This document shows positions 62,769 to 64,000 of a stretch of DNA of 64,000 bases, piece by piece. The notes below the pieces were generated by a model. It did no database searches. It was not told the origin of the DNA and worked only from the letters and a program-made list of their open reading frames with translations. Within the stretch, counting starts at the first letter, position 1, and each line of letters starts with the position of its first letter. This DNA comes from an uncultured bacterium (GTDB lineage: Bacteria > Fermentibacterota > Fermentibacteria > Fermentibacterales > Fermentibacteraceae): NCBI GenBank assembly GCA_964564435.1, contig CAZMAT010000004.1, forward strand, positions 8,928-72,927, in the 5' to 3' direction. The translations under genes were made by a program, and so were the position numbers.

Positions 62769-64000
62769 GGCAGGGCCTACGACGGCAGGCTCGTGAAGAG
62801 GCTTCTTGCGTTCGTGAAGCCCCACCGCTGGCTGGTCGTGCTCGCCTTTCTCTTCATGGTGGTCTCCACCGGGGTCGACCTGATCATCCCCTACATCACG
62901 AAGATCGGCATAGACAGATATCTCGCTCGCCTCTACCAGATCTACGAGGGGACCTCCGGCGCATGCGACTCGCTCATGGCGCTGTCCCCCTCCGAGGGCG
63001 ACTTCGTAAGGCTCGACGGGAATACCGTCCTCGTGCGCAAGGCCTCCCTCGAATCCCTCGACCCTGCCGACAGGGAGGCCCTCGTCGGCGGCAGAGGCCT
63101 GGGGACTCAGACCTACTACAGGTTCCCGGCAGACGGGGTGCCGGCCGACGTGGCCGACAGGGTGGAGGACGCGGTAGTTGCCGGAGGGGAGTGGCTGGTC
63201 CCCGAGGCGGGCATGTCCTCTGTGCCCCCGGACATCCTGCTTCGCATGAGGGGGGCCGACCGCGACGGCATCAGGCGGCTCGCCCTGACCGCCGCGGTGA
63301 TAGTGCTCCTGGGGCTCGCGATCGGGTACGGCCACGCCGTCACCCTGGCCGTTGCCGGCCAGAGATCGATGTACGACCTCCGCTCTGCGCTCTTCTCGCA
63401 CATACAGAAGCTCTCCCTCTCGTTCTTCGACAGGAATGCAGTCGGGAGGCTGGTCACCAGGGTGACGAACGACATCGAGGCCCTGAACGAGATGTTCGCC
63501 GCCGTGCTCGTCAACATGTTCAAGGACATCCTCCTGCTCACCGGCACCGTGGCCATACTCTTCTTCATGAACCCCCGCCTGGCCCTTGTGGCGCTGGCGG
63601 TGGCTCCGTTCTTCGCCTTCGTGTCCATGGTGTTCCGGCGTAAGGTCAGGGGGGCCTTCAGGGACGCCAGGCGCCTGCTTTCCTCCCTGAACTCGAGGCT
63701 CGCCGAGGACCTCTCGGGCATCAAGGTCGTGCAGATCTTCAGGAGGGAGCCGGTCCGCAGGGAGAGGTACAGCGCGACCAACGAGGACTACTTCGCCGCC
63801 AACATGAGGCAGCTCGTGATATTCGGCATCTTCAGGCCCGCCATCGAGATACTGGCATCGACCGGAGTCGCGCTGGTGCTCGTCACGGGCGGCGTGAGCG
63901 TCCTGGGCGGGGCGCTGACCATCGGCGCGCTCGTGGCGTTCGTCAGCTACGTCAGGCAGATGTTCCAGCCCATAGCCGACATGAGCGAGAAGTTCAACAT
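62729..64000 (+). CDS. ABC exporter, fused permease-ATPase, second half of heterodimer; 3'-truncated at window end
   Basis: GTG start inside repeat copy 2. TM domain motifs are present. The frame is open to the window end. Confidence 0.8.

Noticed and set aside
1-64000. Scan for mobile elements (transposase/integrase ORFs, terminal inverted repeats) and for sigma54 -24/-12 promoters
   Set aside because: No ORF showed DDE, tyrosine-recombinase or serine-recombinase hallmarks. No convincing TGGCAC-N5-TTGC match was found by eye. Absence is stated with modest certainty only.

Overview
This 64-kb window is about 67% GC with tightly packed genes, and reads as a chromosomal segment of an uncultivated diderm bacterium. 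The diderm call rests on a TonB-dependent receptor, an OmpA-family protein and lipoproteins. I cannot assign a taxon from sequence alone.

Gene content, in order: (1) A 9.3-kb plus-strand operon carrying a canonical NfnAB pair, an embedded receiver + 2x RAM-domain regulator, and a three-gene NuoE/NuoF/NuoG-like module whose large subunit carries an inserted GltD-type FAD/NADPH module and has no hydrogenase H-cluster motifs (Sporomusa-type Nfn, StnABC-like). (2) A TonB-dependent receptor-like outer-membrane protein. (3) A ~9-kb glycosylation/tailoring island with three cobalamin-binding (class B) radical SAM enzymes, three family-2 glycosyltransferases, a PMT/ArnT-like GT-C membrane transferase and a DUF1232 protein; a second GT-C lies 9 kb further on. 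(4) Secreted hypotheticals, an OmpA-family protein, and two two-component systems: a PAS-type histidine kinase with an NtrC-like activator that has a degenerate GAFTGA, and a membrane kinase with a receiver-PglZ regulator. Also here are xth, a double Tim44-like protein and an orphan LarA-like gene. (5) A housekeeping block: tsaE-tsaB, a RimI-PNP fusion, folC, an FGE-like lipoprotein, tRNA-Val, tRNA(CAT), then tilS-hpt-ftsH-folE-folP-cdaA, priA, an amidohydrolase, an M16 peptidase pair and a heterodimeric ABC exporter that is truncated at the window end.

Beyond the annotated genes I report: an 85-bp tandem repeat and an 86-bp tandem repeat, each sitting on a gene junction; a conserved ~40-nt intergenic element present twice; a repeat array and hairpin abutting tRNA-Val; a possible frameshifted secreted ORF; and a small Cys-containing ORF translationally coupled to a radical-SAM-like gene. 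No CRISPR array, transposase or integrase was seen.

The composition produces many long spurious antisense ORFs; I rejected these. Hand-counted coordinates for non-CDS features may be off by 1-2 nt.
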